Source: Armatimonadota bacterium (GTDB taxonomy: Bacteria; Armatimonadota; Armatimonadia; Armatimonadales; Armatimonadaceae). Taken from it: a DNA stretch of 18,623 nt. The DNA is taken from NCBI GenBank assembly GCA_043754515.1, contig JAYUUO010000021.1, forward strand, positions 1 through 18,623, written 5' to 3'. A program made the position numbers and the translations under genes. Positions 6,828 through 16,366 of the stretch are shown in pieces (position 1 is the first letter of the stretch; each line of letters opens with the position of its first letter). The notes beneath the pieces were generated by a model. The model had not been told where the DNA came from and ran no database searches. It saw nothing but the letters and a program-made list of their open reading frames with translations.

Positions 6828-7925
6828 GTGAATATCTATAAAGCAACGGCATCCTACGAAGCGTGGATTCAGAACCACATCCCGCTCCTGAAAGATGACC
6901 TCGACCTCAAGCATCAACTGATGGCGCGAGACCCGTTCCTGTTCCTTCGCGGGACATACTATCGTTGGGCACAGACATTCCCCGCGCTTTGTCTGGAAGC
7001 GAACTCTGCGCCGACCATCCTCGCGGTGGGCGACCTTCACATCGAAAACTTCGGGACATGGCGAGACGCGGAAGGGCGGCTGGTCTGGGGGGTGAATGAC
7101 TTCGACGAAGCCGCGCGCCTTCCCTATACGCATGATCTGGTACGCCTCCTCGCAAGCGCGGAACTAGCGGCGGAGGCCGACGACCATTTCGGTTTGGGGA
7201 AAGGCGCGGCGTCTGAAGCGGTCTTGAGCGGCTACCGGGCGGGGCTGTCCGAGAACGGCGAGCCGTTCGTGCTCGAAGAAGAGCACGGGGATCTGCGTGC
7301 CCTAGCGAGCGGTGTGCTACGTGACCCGGTACGTTTCTGGCAGAAGATGAACGCGCTCCCCGATCTGGACAAGTCGCTCATCCCGCCCGCCGCGCTGGCC
7401 GCCCTGATCGCGTCCTTCCCACCCGGCACAATGCCCACCTCGTACAAGCGTCGCGTCGCGGGCACTGGAAGTCTGGGACGCCCCCGCCTCGTCGCGGTCA
7501 CGCGCTTCGACGGCGGTGGCATCGCGCGTGAAGCGAAACCGCTCGCGCCCTCGGCGGTAGTCTGGGCGGGGGGCGCGGACGTGCCGCCGCTGTACCAGAC
7601 TATTATTGCCGGGGCGGTAAGAGCGCGTGACCCGTTCCTGGCATTCCACGACGGCGGGTGGATGACCCGTCGCCTCGCCCCGTTCTGTACCCGTATCGAA
7701 CTCGCCCGCTTAACCGAGGCGAAGAGTGAGACCGATTTGCTATACGCGATGGGCTACGAGACCGCGAATATCCACCAGGGCGGTCTGTCCGGAGAGCAGC
7801 TCGCGGCGTTGCGCTCTGACCTTGAGGCGCGGACGCGTCGTGACGCGGGGTGGCTCCGCGCGGCGTCGGAGACTATGCGGCAATCGGTCCGTGCTGATTG
7901 GGAAGAGTGGCGACGCGGGGCATAG
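6828..7925 (+). CDS. DUF2252 family protein (kinase-like fold)
   Basis: PFLFLRGT, GDLHIENFG, NDFDEA and RRVAGTGSLGRPR motifs. GTG start chosen 4 bp after the upstream stop. Confidence 0.88.
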   Translation: MNIYKATASYEAWIQNHIPLLKDDLDLKHQLMARDPFLFLRGTYYRWAQTFPALCLEANSAPTILAVGDLHIENFGTWRDAEGRLVWGVNDFDEAARLPYTHDLVRLLASAELAAEADDHFGLGKGAASEAVLSGYRAGLSENGEPFVLEEEHGDLRALASGVLRDPVRFWQKMNALPDLDKSLIPPAALAALIASFPPGTMPTSYKRRVAGTGSLGRPRLVAVTRFDGGGIAREAKPLAPSAVVWAGGADVPPLYQTIIAGAVRARDPFLAFHDGGWMTRRLAPFCTRIELARLTEAKSETDLLYAMGYETANIHQGGLSGEQLAALRSDLEARTRRDAGWLRAASETMRQSVRADWEEWRRGA

Positions 7926-8020
7926 CCCCGTCGCCATCTTCTGATCGTTTCGCACACTTACGAGCCGACCAACAGAGTGTGCCAGCTGATCCCGCGTGGG
8001 GCTCATCGCTAGCACTTCCG

Positions 8021-8704
8021 CTAAGCCTGTTCGCGCACCGCTCGCTCGCCATGAAATAACTCCCGCGTTACCAGCGCGCCGATCACTGCGAGTGGTAGCC
8101 AGAGCAAGAGCGGGACGACTATCTTCGGCAGGGAAAGTACCCAGCCGTAGTCCGAAACCGTTACAAACATCATCAGTGGTATCAGACAATAGGGGAGGGT
8201 ACAGAAAACCGCGATCAACATGTCCCGCAGGGAGGATCCGCGCGACAAACGGTAGCCCATCCATCCCCCGGCGAGAAGAGGTGCCACAAACGGGAGTGTT
8301 CGGCCCGCCGTCATGAGGCCCGCGTGCAGGCTCTCGCTTCCGGTCTCGGAGTAGATCAGGCAGACGATACCTAACCCCGTGAAGCAGAGGAAGACGGGCG
8401 TGATTAAGTTCACGAAATTTCCGCGAAACGCGCTCCATCTATGGCCCTTGTTTGCCTCTTCGCGGAGGTGAAACCCGAGACTCTCCGCCGCGCCGAAACG
8501 TTCTATAGCCAACGTGACCGCTTCGGAACGGCCATAACCTAACTCCTCATAGGCCCGGATCATCGCCTCCAAGTGTTGTGATGCTTCGGTGCGCCACGGC
8601 TCCCGCTCCGCTTCGGGGAGCGGCTTCGAAACATCGTCGAGGTACCGGTTCAACCGATGACGATGTTGACCGTAGTCATTATTGGACTCAAGAGAGAGAG
8701 GCAT
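8021..8704 (-). CDS. Membrane protein with N-terminal permease-prefix/HAAS-type helical domain
   Basis: YLDDVSKPLP..ER..WRTEASQHLE...G....EAV..AIERFG followed by about 4 TM helices. It overlaps the 3' end of padR. Confidence 0.82.
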   Translation of the reverse strand: MPLSLESNNDYGQHRHRLNRYLDDVSKPLPEAEREPWRTEASQHLEAMIRAYEELGYGRSEAVTLAIERFGAAESLGFHLREEANKGHRWSAFRGNFVNLITPVFLCFTGLGIVCLIYSETGSESLHAGLMTAGRTLPFVAPLLAGGWMGYRLSRGSSLRDMLIAVFCTLPYCLIPLMMFVTVSDYGWVLSLPKIVVPLLLWLPLAVIGALVTRELFHGERAVREQA

Positions 8705-9059
8705 CTGGTATTCTTCCGGGCAGAACACGGTCAACGGCGTCGGCGAACGCGCGCCAGTTATGCTCGCGGCGCAGAAGCTCGCTTCTGCCGGAAGTCGTTA
8801 GATTGTAGACGCGGCGGGCCGGGCCGGAGGGCTGAGGTTCCCACTCGCTGGTGACGAAGTTCTCGCGTTCCAGGGTACGGAGCACGAGGTATAAAGACCC
8901 CTCGCCCAGCGAGAGCGTGTCCGCGCTTCGCTTCTCGATCTCGCGCGCGATGGCGTAGCCGTGGAGTGCCCCGCCTTCGAGCACGGCGAGGATCAGTGTC
9001 GGAGTGTTGCCCTTAAGCAGTTCGCCCATCCCGCTGGCACCACCAGTATGTTTTCTCAT
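8688..9059 (-). CDS. PadR family transcriptional regulator
   Basis: LLKG, LILAVL, LHGYAIAREI, EGSLY.VL..LE and RRVYNLT.SG motifs. Confidence 0.93.
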   Translation of the reverse strand: MRKHTGGASGMGELLKGNTPTLILAVLEGGALHGYAIAREIEKRSADTLSLGEGSLYLVLRTLERENFVTSEWEPQPSGPARRVYNLTTSGRSELLRREHNWRAFADAVDRVLPGRIPDASLS

Positions 9060-9094
9060 GTAGTCATACTACATCACAACGATATGTATATCAA
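9058..9094 (-). promoter_or_regulatory. Sigma70 promoter of padR (leaderless) with an overlapping inverted-repeat operator
   Basis: TTGATA (9094-9089), 17 bp, TAGTAT (9071-9066), 6 bp, ATG (9059). Perfect inverted repeat ATGTAGT-cat-ACTACAT at 9058-9074. Confidence 0.72.
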
Positions 9095-9288
9095 TAAAAA
9101 ATGTAGATGAATCAGAAAATTCGTGCGCGAAGTCAAACCGCTTGCGGAGCGCGGACGCGGCGCGACGGGAGGTGGCTCCGCTCGCCGTCGGAAAAAATAT
9201 AAGACTCGTAGTATGACGATTGTGAGGGATGGCGGTGTGGTGTCTAGCATCATAACCGGCTTGTGCGACTTGTAATACCCGATGCGTG

Positions 9289-10509
9289 CTAGCCGACGTT
9301 GGGAGACGGGGAATCCCGCGTAGGTACGCGACCGCGCGAAAGCCACGGCGGCAAGCCGCGCAGGAATGGCGTCTCAACCAACACTGTCAGTAACCCCGCG
9401 ACAGCGATGGATGCCACCCACGACATCAGGGTGTACGCAATCTGCCAGCGAAGGTCGGTGTGCGGATCGGCGGCATGAGAGCGCGGCAGGTGCCGCGCCA
9501 TCAGGAAGCGGGCGACCATCTGATGCCAGAGGTACAGGTTGTACGAAACCGCCGAGAGGAACAGCAGTATTGGGTTCGCGATCACCTTGCCGAACGGGCG
9601 CGGCGCGAGGCACCAGCCGAGTGTCAGTAGGGCCAGAATAACAGACATCGGGAGGCGACCCTGCATGTAGGCGTCGGTCAGCGAGATCTGCCAGCGCGAG
9701 ATCACGTAGCCATGCCGCATCCCGGCAAGCAATGCCGCGAACGATACGACCGCTAGTAGCGCGAAGAGCGGCGCGACGCGCGCCACCCACGCTTTACCGC
9801 GTAGCCAGATCAGCAGGTACGCCGTCGCCATCCCCGCCGCGAATGTGTCGAGACGGGCGGGCAGTTGCGCGTCACGCCATATCAGCAACATCTCGTCGTG
9901 GTCGTGGTGATACCGGGCGAAACTCGCCGCCCGCCACGTGAGTGCCGCGATGAGCATTACGCACACCACCGCGATAGGGTGACGCCGGAATACGAGGAGC
10001 AGGAGTGGCAACAGAAAATAGAACTGCACCTCGGTCGCGAGTGACCATAGCACACCGCCGATTGAGTTTAGTGACTCGAAAAACAGGTTGTGTATGAATA
10101 ACAGGTGGGTCCCGATGTGGAACCAGAGCCTATCTGGGGGGATACTCGTGTCCGCGTGGAACAGTAGTAGCAGAACGAGAGCGACCCAATACGACGGCAG
10201 GATCTTCGCGGCCCGCCGCCCGAAGTGGTGTCCGAGCGTCGGCGCGGGTCCACCTTCGAGCCAGTGTCGCGCATATGGGAGCGTGAGGCAGAATGCGCTG
10301 AGGAAGAAGAACAGGTCAACGCCGACGAAGCCCATTCCGGGCATGAATGACAGGTCAACGGGGCTGTGCAACAGCGCGGTGTAATCGAGCCACGAGATCT
10401 GCCAGACGTGAAACAAGACCACGAGACAGACCGCCAGCCCACGCAAACCGTCCACCACTTCCACCCGCCGTTCCGGGTTTGTTGATGTGTCTCGCCCTGC
10501 CAAAGTCAT
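9289..10509 (-). CDS. Acyltransferase family 3 (OafA/YrhL-like) membrane O-acyltransferase
   Basis: DGLRGLA..LVVLFH, GVDLFFFLSAF, RRAAKILP.YW, LWSLATEVQFY and SYNLYLWH motifs, with multiple TM helices. ATG 10509 preferred over TTG 10515. Confidence 0.93.
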   Translation of the reverse strand: MTLAGRDTSTNPERRVEVVDGLRGLAVCLVVLFHVWQISWLDYTALLHSPVDLSFMPGMGFVGVDLFFFLSAFCLTLPYARHWLEGGPAPTLGHHFGRRAAKILPSYWVALVLLLLFHADTSIPPDRLWFHIGTHLLFIHNLFFESLNSIGGVLWSLATEVQFYFLLPLLLLVFRRHPIAVVCVMLIAALTWRAASFARYHHDHDEMLLIWRDAQLPARLDTFAAGMATAYLLIWLRGKAWVARVAPLFALLAVVSFAALLAGMRHGYVISRWQISLTDAYMQGRLPMSVILALLTLGWCLAPRPFGKVIANPILLFLSAVSYNLYLWHQMVARFLMARHLPRSHAADPHTDLRWQIAYTLMSWVASIAVAGLLTVLVETPFLRGLPPWLSRGRVPTRDSPSPNVG

Positions 10510-10602
10510 GTACAATTGTACCGGATTCGGGTGAGCGAGGGAACCACGCCCCGTGTCGCGCCGTTAAACCAGACAGATTATAGTCGCCGGAGGATTACCC
10601 CC

Positions 10603-11190
10603 ATGTCCCGTTTTGCTCATTACGCGCCCGCCGCGTTCGCACTCGCCGCCCTGCTTTCGCTAACAACCGCCGCCCGCGCCGCACCGGTCAAAAGCCCGCT
10701 CGATCTTTCCGTGACAAATATTGACGGCAAGTCGGTCCCGCTGTCGCGCTACAAAGGGAACGTGACCCTGATCGTCAACACGGCGTCGCAGTGCGGCTTT
10801 ACGCCTCAATATGCGGGTCTCGAAACGCTCTACAACCGCTACAAAGCAAAGGGTTTTCACATCCTCGGCTTCCCCGCGAACGATTTCGGGGGACAGGAGC
10901 CGGGCAGTGACGCGCAGATCAAGCAGTTCTGCACCGCGCGTTTCAACGTCACGTTCCCTATGTTCTCGAAGATAACCGTCGCACCGGGTAGCAAGCAAGC
11001 TCCGCTGTATCGGTTCCTCACGGGGAAGGATACCGACCCGAAGTTCGCGGGGCCGATCGGGTGGAACTTCACGAAGTTTCTGGTGGATGATAAGGGACGG
11101 GTGATCGCGCGGTTCGACTCGGGTAAGGAGCCGCTGTCACCGGAGGTGACGGGGGCGATCGAAGCCGCGCTCGCGAAGAAGGGGAAGTAG
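10603..11190 (+). CDS. Glutathione peroxidase family protein (Cys-type) with signal peptide
   Basis: NTASQCGFT, GFPANDFGGQE and WNFTKFL motifs. GGAGG RBS upstream of ATG 10603. Hydrophobic N-terminus ending in ARA. Confidence 0.94.
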   Translation: MSRFAHYAPAAFALAALLSLTTAARAAPVKSPLDLSVTNIDGKSVPLSRYKGNVTLIVNTASQCGFTPQYAGLETLYNRYKAKGFHILGFPANDFGGQEPGSDAQIKQFCTARFNVTFPMFSKITVAPGSKQAPLYRFLTGKDTDPKFAGPIGWNFTKFLVDDKGRVIARFDSGKEPLSPEVTGAIEAALAKKGK

Positions 11191-11226
11191 TATCGGCTGA
11201 GGGTGGGAAACCCCGTTCCCAGAACC

Positions 11227-11982
11227 ATGAGATGGAAAGAACCATTGATTTACAACCGCAACACCCGCGAACTACGCACGAACGACGGGGAACTACTCAA
11301 GAAACTGGATTGCCCCCTTCATAAGAAATGGGATGATTTGGTGATGATAGTCGGCGATGGCCGGACGCGACATTGCGGATCATGCCGCAAGTCCGTCGTG
11401 AATCTAGCGGACAAAAGTGATGACGAGGTCGTCGCGTTGCTCCGCGTATCGCCGAAGTCCTGCGTATATCTGGCTTCAAACGCCGCGAACGTGCGCGTCG
11501 AAGGCTTCCGAACGCGAGAACTGCCCGACCCGTGCCCGTTCCGGCGTATCCACACGGCGCGTGGGCTTTTAGCTATTAACGAAGGGGTCAAGAACGGATT
11601 CTGGCCCCTCGTGAAGAAGGTAGAGCCGTCTCCGAAGTTGACGACATGGGTGGCAATCGCCCAGAACGAGACGACGGGTGAGATCCAGGTGCTAGGAGAC
11701 CACAGGGCGCGTGTTCGTCTCGTCCCGCCGTGGAGGGAAGTTATCAAGCCCTACACTTTCTATCCGTATGCCATCGAACACCGGGTCGCGGCCTATTTAT
11801 TGCCGGATGGCTTAATGAACGGCGAGCGCGTCTTCCTGATGGATTTGATCGAGGATTTGGTGGGTACGTTTGGCAACCAGAATCACACGATGCGCCTGGA
11901 CTCAGCATACGCGGTCTGGAACGGTACCGACTTCAAAATCGAGTGGAAAGAAGAAAGAGACGCGGACCGCTGGATCGGATAG
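11227..11982 (+). CDS. Hypothetical protein with Cys-containing N-terminal region
   Basis: Long ORF filling the gap between the peroxidase and ABC-F genes, with CP..W..L....RHCGSC.KSV...C pattern. Start uncertain (11203, 11227 or 11245). Confidence 0.75.
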   Translation: MRWKEPLIYNRNTRELRTNDGELLKKLDCPLHKKWDDLVMIVGDGRTRHCGSCRKSVVNLADKSDDEVVALLRVSPKSCVYLASNAANVRVEGFRTRELPDPCPFRRIHTARGLLAINEGVKNGFWPLVKKVEPSPKLTTWVAIAQNETTGEIQVLGDHRARVRLVPPWREVIKPYTFYPYAIEHRVAAYLLPDGLMNGERVFLMDLIEDLVGTFGNQNHTMRLDSAYAVWNGTDFKIEWKEERDADRWIG

Positions 11983-12012
11983 CGCGCAACGCGAACAAAA
12001 TGCGACATCCGT

Positions 12013-12041
12013 TTGCCAACCGGTCTATACCGCGTGATAAT
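12013..12041 (+). promoter_or_regulatory. Putative sigma70 promoter of the ABC-F cluster
   Basis: TTGCCA (12013-12018), 17 bp, GATAAT (12036-12041). GGAG RBS before ATG 12080. Confidence 0.5.
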
Positions 12042-12079
12042 AGAAGGGGCGACGTTGCTCGGGAATACTGGAGAAATCT

Positions 12080-14050
12080 ATGAGCATACTAACCGTTTCC
12101 AACGTCGCCAAAAGTTTCGGGTCCGAGCAACTGTTCAGCGAGGTCAACTTCACGCTCGCCGCCGGACAGAAGATGGGGCTGATCGGGCGCAACGGGGGCG
12201 GCAAAACCACGCTCCTGAAGATCATCCTCGGGCAGGAGACGCCCGACCCGTCCGTCGTGAATAACATCCCACTCCCGGCCCGCGTCGCGCTCGCGACCGG
12301 GCGGCACCTCGGCTACCTGCGGCAGGAAGCACCCGTCTACCCCGAACACACCATCGGCGAGGAGATTGACTCCGCGCTCGCCCCGATGCGGGCGATACAG
12401 GCGCGGATTACCGACGCCGAACACGCGATGAGCGACGCCAAGAATGATGCCGCGATGGAGCGGGCGATGGAGAACTACACCGCGGCGCACGACGAGTTCG
12501 AGGCGCGCGGCGGCTACGCGATAGAGGACGAGCGCGACGCGGTTCTGCTCCGCCTCGGGTTCGGCCCGGAGACGCTGGGCAAGCGCGTCGGCGCGTGCTC
12601 CGGCGGGGAGCAGACGCGGCTCGCGCTGGCAAAACTGGTGCTGACGCGCCCCGACCTGCTCGTCCTCGATGAGCCGACGAACCATTTGGACATCGCCGCG
12701 ACCGAGTGGCTGGAGCAGTTCGTCAAGGAGTATCCCGGCGCGGTGCTTCTCGTGAGCCATGACCGCTACTTCCTCGACGCCGTGACCGACACGACCGCCG
12801 AACTGGAGTTCCAGAGGCTGACGATCTACAAGGGCAACTACTCGCACTACCGCCGCCAGAAGGAAGAGCGCATAGCGGTGCAACAGGCGATGTACGAGAA
12901 CCAGCAGGCCGAAATCGAGCGGCTAAAAGGGCTGATCAAGCGCAACATGGGCGCGGACGCGAACGCGAGCAACATCCGCCTGAAGACGATCGGCCGGATC
13001 GAGCGGATGGACAAGGTCGAGGCCGTTCGCACCGATACGACGCGGGTCAAGGCGCGCATTGACGCCGCCGGTGCCGGGCGCATCGGGCGCGAGGTGGTGC
13101 GTCTGACCGATGTTTCCAAGACGTACGGGACCCGCACGCTGTTCCGCCACCTGAACGCCGCCGTGGAGCGCGACGACCGGATCGGGCTTGTCGGCCCGAA
13201 CGGCACGGGAAAAACGACGCTGGTCAAGATCCTGCTTGGGGCGGAGACGCCGACCACGGGCGAGGTGTCGTTCGGCAACAACGTCAAGGTGGCTTACTTC
13301 TCGCAGCACGCGACCGACGACCTTGATACCAATATGACGGTGCTGGAGTGTTTGCTCGAAGAGGCGATCGGCTTCACCGAGACCGAGGCGCGCAACCACC
13401 TGGCGCGGTTCCTTTTCACCGGCGATGATGTGAAGAAGCGGGTGGCGATGCTGTCCGGGGGCGAGAAAAACAAACTCGCCCTGTCGCGTCTGCTCCTGCG
13501 CCCGTGCAACCTGCTGATCCTGGATGAGCCGACGAACCACCTCGACATCGAGTCGTGCGAAAACCTGACCGAGATGTTGACCGGGTACCAGGGCACGCTG
13601 ATGCTGATTAGCCACGACCGATACCTACTCAACGCGGTGACGACCAAGACGCTCGGGTTCCTCGGCGACGGCAAATCGCTCTTCGTCGAGGGAAACTACG
13701 CGGCGTGGCGCGAGGCGCAGTCGGTGCCCGTCGCGCAACGCGCCGCGTCCGTGCCCCGTCCGAAGATGGAGATCGCCGCGCCGTCCGCGTCGGTTGCGCC
13801 CGTGCAACGGGGCAACTCCCGCGAGCAGAACAAGGCACGCGCCCGCGCCCAGGAAGCGGTCGAGAAAGCGGAGCGGGCGGTGCAGGGCGCGGAATCGAAA
13901 CTCGCGGTGGTCGAGGCCTCGCTGTCATCGGGTGATCCGAAAGCCGACATCGTCGCGCTCGCCGCCGAGCACACGCGCCTCCGCGCGGGCGTGGACGCGG
14001 CGATTACAGTCTGGGAACGGGCGGTCTCGGAACACGAGTCGCTGGGGTAG
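12080..14050 (+). CDS. ABC-F family ribosome-associated ATPase
   Basis: Two ABC domains (GRNGGGKTT, CSGGE, LDEPTNHLD, VSHDRYFL; GPNGTGKTT, LSGGE, LDEPTNHLD, ISHDRY), no TM segments, C-terminal coiled coil. Confidence 0.96.
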   Translation: MSILTVSNVAKSFGSEQLFSEVNFTLAAGQKMGLIGRNGGGKTTLLKIILGQETPDPSVVNNIPLPARVALATGRHLGYLRQEAPVYPEHTIGEEIDSALAPMRAIQARITDAEHAMSDAKNDAAMERAMENYTAAHDEFEARGGYAIEDERDAVLLRLGFGPETLGKRVGACSGGEQTRLALAKLVLTRPDLLVLDEPTNHLDIAATEWLEQFVKEYPGAVLLVSHDRYFLDAVTDTTAELEFQRLTIYKGNYSHYRRQKEERIAVQQAMYENQQAEIERLKGLIKRNMGADANASNIRLKTIGRIERMDKVEAVRTDTTRVKARIDAAGAGRIGREVVRLTDVSKTYGTRTLFRHLNAAVERDDRIGLVGPNGTGKTTLVKILLGAETPTTGEVSFGNNVKVAYFSQHATDDLDTNMTVLECLLEEAIGFTETEARNHLARFLFTGDDVKKRVAMLSGGEKNKLALSRLLLRPCNLLILDEPTNHLDIESCENLTEMLTGYQGTLMLISHDRYLLNAVTTKTLGFLGDGKSLFVEGNYAAWREAQSVPVAQRAASVPRPKMEIAAPSASVAPVQRGNSREQNKARARAQEAVEKAERAVQGAESKLAVVEASLSSGDPKADIVALAAEHTRLRAGVDAAITVWERAVSEHESLG

Positions 14051-14055
14051 CGGGT

Positions 14056-14349
14056 ATGGCGACGAGCGGCAACCATCTTCAGGGCGGGAAGTTCACTGCG
14101 GGACATACGACCGTGATAGACGCGGCGCGCGAACCCGCCCTCGCCGCCGAGAAGCTCGACTGTGTAACGAAGGTATCGCTTGGTATCATCAAGAAGTTGC
14201 CCAACGGCCCCGTCTCGGTCAAGTACTCGGACGAGAGCGAGACGTGCCTGCTGGCGAAGATACGCGGCATCGCGTTTTTGCAGGAAGTGCGCGTTTACAC
14301 CAGCGACAAACAGCGCGCCAAGGAAGCCATGTCCCGCGCCTTACGCTGA
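14056..14349 (+). CDS. DUF2103-like small protein
   Basis: GHTTVIDAA...VTKVSLGII...QEVRVYTS pattern resembles DUF2103. Starts 5 bp after the ABC-F stop. Confidence 0.65.
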   Translation: MATSGNHLQGGKFTAGHTTVIDAAREPALAAEKLDCVTKVSLGIIKKLPNGPVSVKYSDESETCLLAKIRGIAFLQEVRVYTSDKQRAKEAMSRALR

Positions 14350-14369
14350 GCATCAGGCTTACACGTTTT

Positions 14370-14960
14370 ATGAATCAACCTGACCAGTCCGACATCCCCG
14401 CGCGGGGGAAGATCCGCCTGGAACGCCGACCACTGACGAGCGCGGAAGCCGATCGTCTTCATCACGAACTTAAAACGACGCCCAACATCCTCGGCTACAC
14501 GCCCCGCGAACTGCTCGCGTTCGGGAGCGGCTTCGTCGCCGTCGTGGATGACGCCTCGGATGATGTAAGCGGGGCGACGTTCGCCGGTGCGTGTCTTAGC
14601 AAAGATCTGCTCTGGAACTGGACCGACATCGCGCTACTCTACGTGCTACCGGCGTTTCGCGGGCGCGGGATCAGCACCACGCTCTTCACGGAGGCGTTCG
14701 CGGACGCGCAAACGCGCGGGCGGCATGTTTTCACGCTAAGCCGCACGCCGCAGGTGATCCATCTCATGGAGCGTCTCGGAATCGCCACGACACGCACGAG
14801 TTGGATGGCACCGCTCGCTGTTCACCTCGACATGAATTGGCACATGATGAGCCTGTATCGGTGGCGCGAGGCGTTCCGCAAATCCCCGATGCGACGCGTA
14901 GACGGCCAGCGGTTCGTCGCCGGGATGAAGCGGTTCGCGCGCCCCGTATCACCGCCTTAG
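14370..14960 (+). CDS. GNAT family N-acetyltransferase
   Basis: Motif A LYVLPAFRGRGIS. Real start taken as ATG 14370, because the 13794 start overlaps two other genes. Confidence 0.85.
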   Translation: MNQPDQSDIPARGKIRLERRPLTSAEADRLHHELKTTPNILGYTPRELLAFGSGFVAVVDDASDDVSGATFAGACLSKDLLWNWTDIALLYVLPAFRGRGISTTLFTEAFADAQTRGRHVFTLSRTPQVIHLMERLGIATTRTSWMAPLAVHLDMNWHMMSLYRWREAFRKSPMRRVDGQRFVAGMKRFARPVSPP

Positions 14961-14979
14961 ATCGGACGGTCGCCGCGCC

Positions 14980-15005
14980 CGCCGCGCGTTGCTCAACGCG
15001 CGGCG
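14980..15005. terminator. GC-rich inverted repeat at the junction of convergent genes (possible terminator or stabilising hairpin)
   Basis: CGCCGCGCGTTG-ct-CAACGCGCGGCG, overlapping the M28 stop codon. No U-tract. Confidence 0.35.
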
Positions 15006-16366
15006 ACCGGCACCGTCGGCAGGCTCCGCGCTCCCGTCTTGCCGACCGCGCGAACCGCGAACAGGTAGTCGTCCTTACTGAACGAGATCTTGGTGCGTGT
15101 TGTGTTTGCGGGTAGCCGTAGCGTGCGCTCCCAATCGGCGGCGGTGGTTCGGCGGATCAGTAGTTCGTACCCGACGACCGGCTCGCCCGGCGCGGCGGCA
15201 CCCCACGTAAGCGTTGTTCGGGAGGACAGGTCGCCGGTGAGTTGCACGCCTGCGGGCGACGCGGGCGCGGACGCGAGATCGGCGACGACGGCGGCGTTCA
15301 CACGCGCCACATCACGCAGGTACCCGTAGTCTACGAACTCCGGCAGGTCGCCGTAGCGCGTGCCGTTCTCAACGCGGACGTCCTGGTGCTGGTGCCGCCA
15401 GTCCTCGTTCGGTTCGGTCACGCGGACTGCGGACGGGTAACCGTTCGCGAGGAACGACGAGTGGTCGCCCCCGCGCCCGTAGCGGTCGTTGCGAAATACC
15501 AGGTCCACGCCGAAGCCGCGTGTGTAACGGCTCGCGGCGTCGCGGGTCGCGCGGGCGAGGAGGCGGGCGGGCGAGTCGGCGTCGGTGCCGACGGCGCGTT
15601 GCCGCGCCAGAGCCGCGCCGTCCACCGCCGGGTCGTAGCCCGCCGAGAAGACGCGTACATGTTTGTCGTCGCGCTTCCCGTCTTCGCCGCGTGAGTTGCC
15701 GACGATGTCGTTCGTGAACATGGCGATAACCGTCTTGCCCTCCGCTTTGAGTGACTTCGCCAGATGCGCCGAGCCATACAAGCCCTGCTCCTCGCCCGTC
15801 ACGGCGGCGAACACCACGGTGGCGGGAAACCGGACGTTGCTGGCCGCCATCGCGTGCGCCACTTCCAGCACCACCGCGACTCCGGAAGCGTCGTCGTTCG
15901 CGCCGGGCGCGACCCCGGTCGCGTTCATCACGTCCGTCACGCGCGAGTCGTAGTGCCCACTGATCACGATCACGCGCTCGGGGGTCGCGGTGCCAGGGAG
16001 CGTCGCGATCACGTTGGTCAGTTCGGCGGGCGCGGCGATACGGGTACCGGCCGGTTCGATCCAGGTCTGTTTCTCAACCTGGAGTCGCCCGCCGCTCGCG
16101 GTCGCGACTTCTGAAAACCGGGCTTCGAGCCAGGAAGCGGCGGCGTCCGCTCCGATCGCCCCGGACAGCGTGTGGCGAGTCGGTAACGCCGCGAGCCCGC
16201 GTACGGTGGCTTCGAGGCGGGCGCGGTCAATGCCGCCGACGATGTTTCGGACGGCGGGGTCACTCGCGGGCAGGTCGTCCGCGCTGGTTGTCGCGGCCAG
16301 CGCGAGGGCGACGGCGCAAGAGAGGGATGAGAAGGCGGCGACACGGATAATATCTTGGCGGCGCAT
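14993..16366 (-). CDS. Secreted M28 family metallopeptidase with C-terminal FN3-like domain
   Basis: Signal peptide, ISGHYDS, GANDDASG, GEEQGLYGS, TNDIVG and GGDHSSF motifs. C-terminal beta-rich LTW...GYELL...YLFAVRAV segment. Confidence 0.93.
   Translation of the reverse strand: MRRQDIIRVAAFSSLSCAVALALAATTSADDLPASDPAVRNIVGGIDRARLEATVRGLAALPTRHTLSGAIGADAAASWLEARFSEVATASGGRLQVEKQTWIEPAGTRIAAPAELTNVIATLPGTATPERVIVISGHYDSRVTDVMNATGVAPGANDDASGVAVVLEVAHAMAASNVRFPATVVFAAVTGEEQGLYGSAHLAKSLKAEGKTVIAMFTNDIVGNSRGEDGKRDDKHVRVFSAGYDPAVDGAALARQRAVGTDADSPARLLARATRDAASRYTRGFGVDLVFRNDRYGRGGDHSSFLANGYPSAVRVTEPNEDWRHQHQDVRVENGTRYGDLPEFVDYGYLRDVARVNAAVVADLASAPASPAGVQLTGDLSSRTTLTWGAAAPGEPVVGYELLIRRTTAADWERTLRLPANTTRTKISFSKDDYLFAVRAVGKTGARSLPTVPVAAR

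Noticed and set aside
7740..8438. 232-aa minus-strand ORF and other long alternative-frame or antisense ORFs (e.g. 1785-2519, 5338-6054, 12089-12883, 12923-13615)
   Set aside because: They are shadow ORFs typical of high-GC DNA, overlap well-supported genes and show no recognisable motifs.
10786..10800. Selenocysteine in the glutathione peroxidase
   Set aside because: The active-site codon is TGC (Cys), not TGA.
13794..14369. N-terminal extension of the 388-aa GNAT ORF
   Set aside because: It overlaps the ABC-F and DUF2103-like genes in another frame with Arg-rich shadow composition. ATG 14370 is the plausible start.
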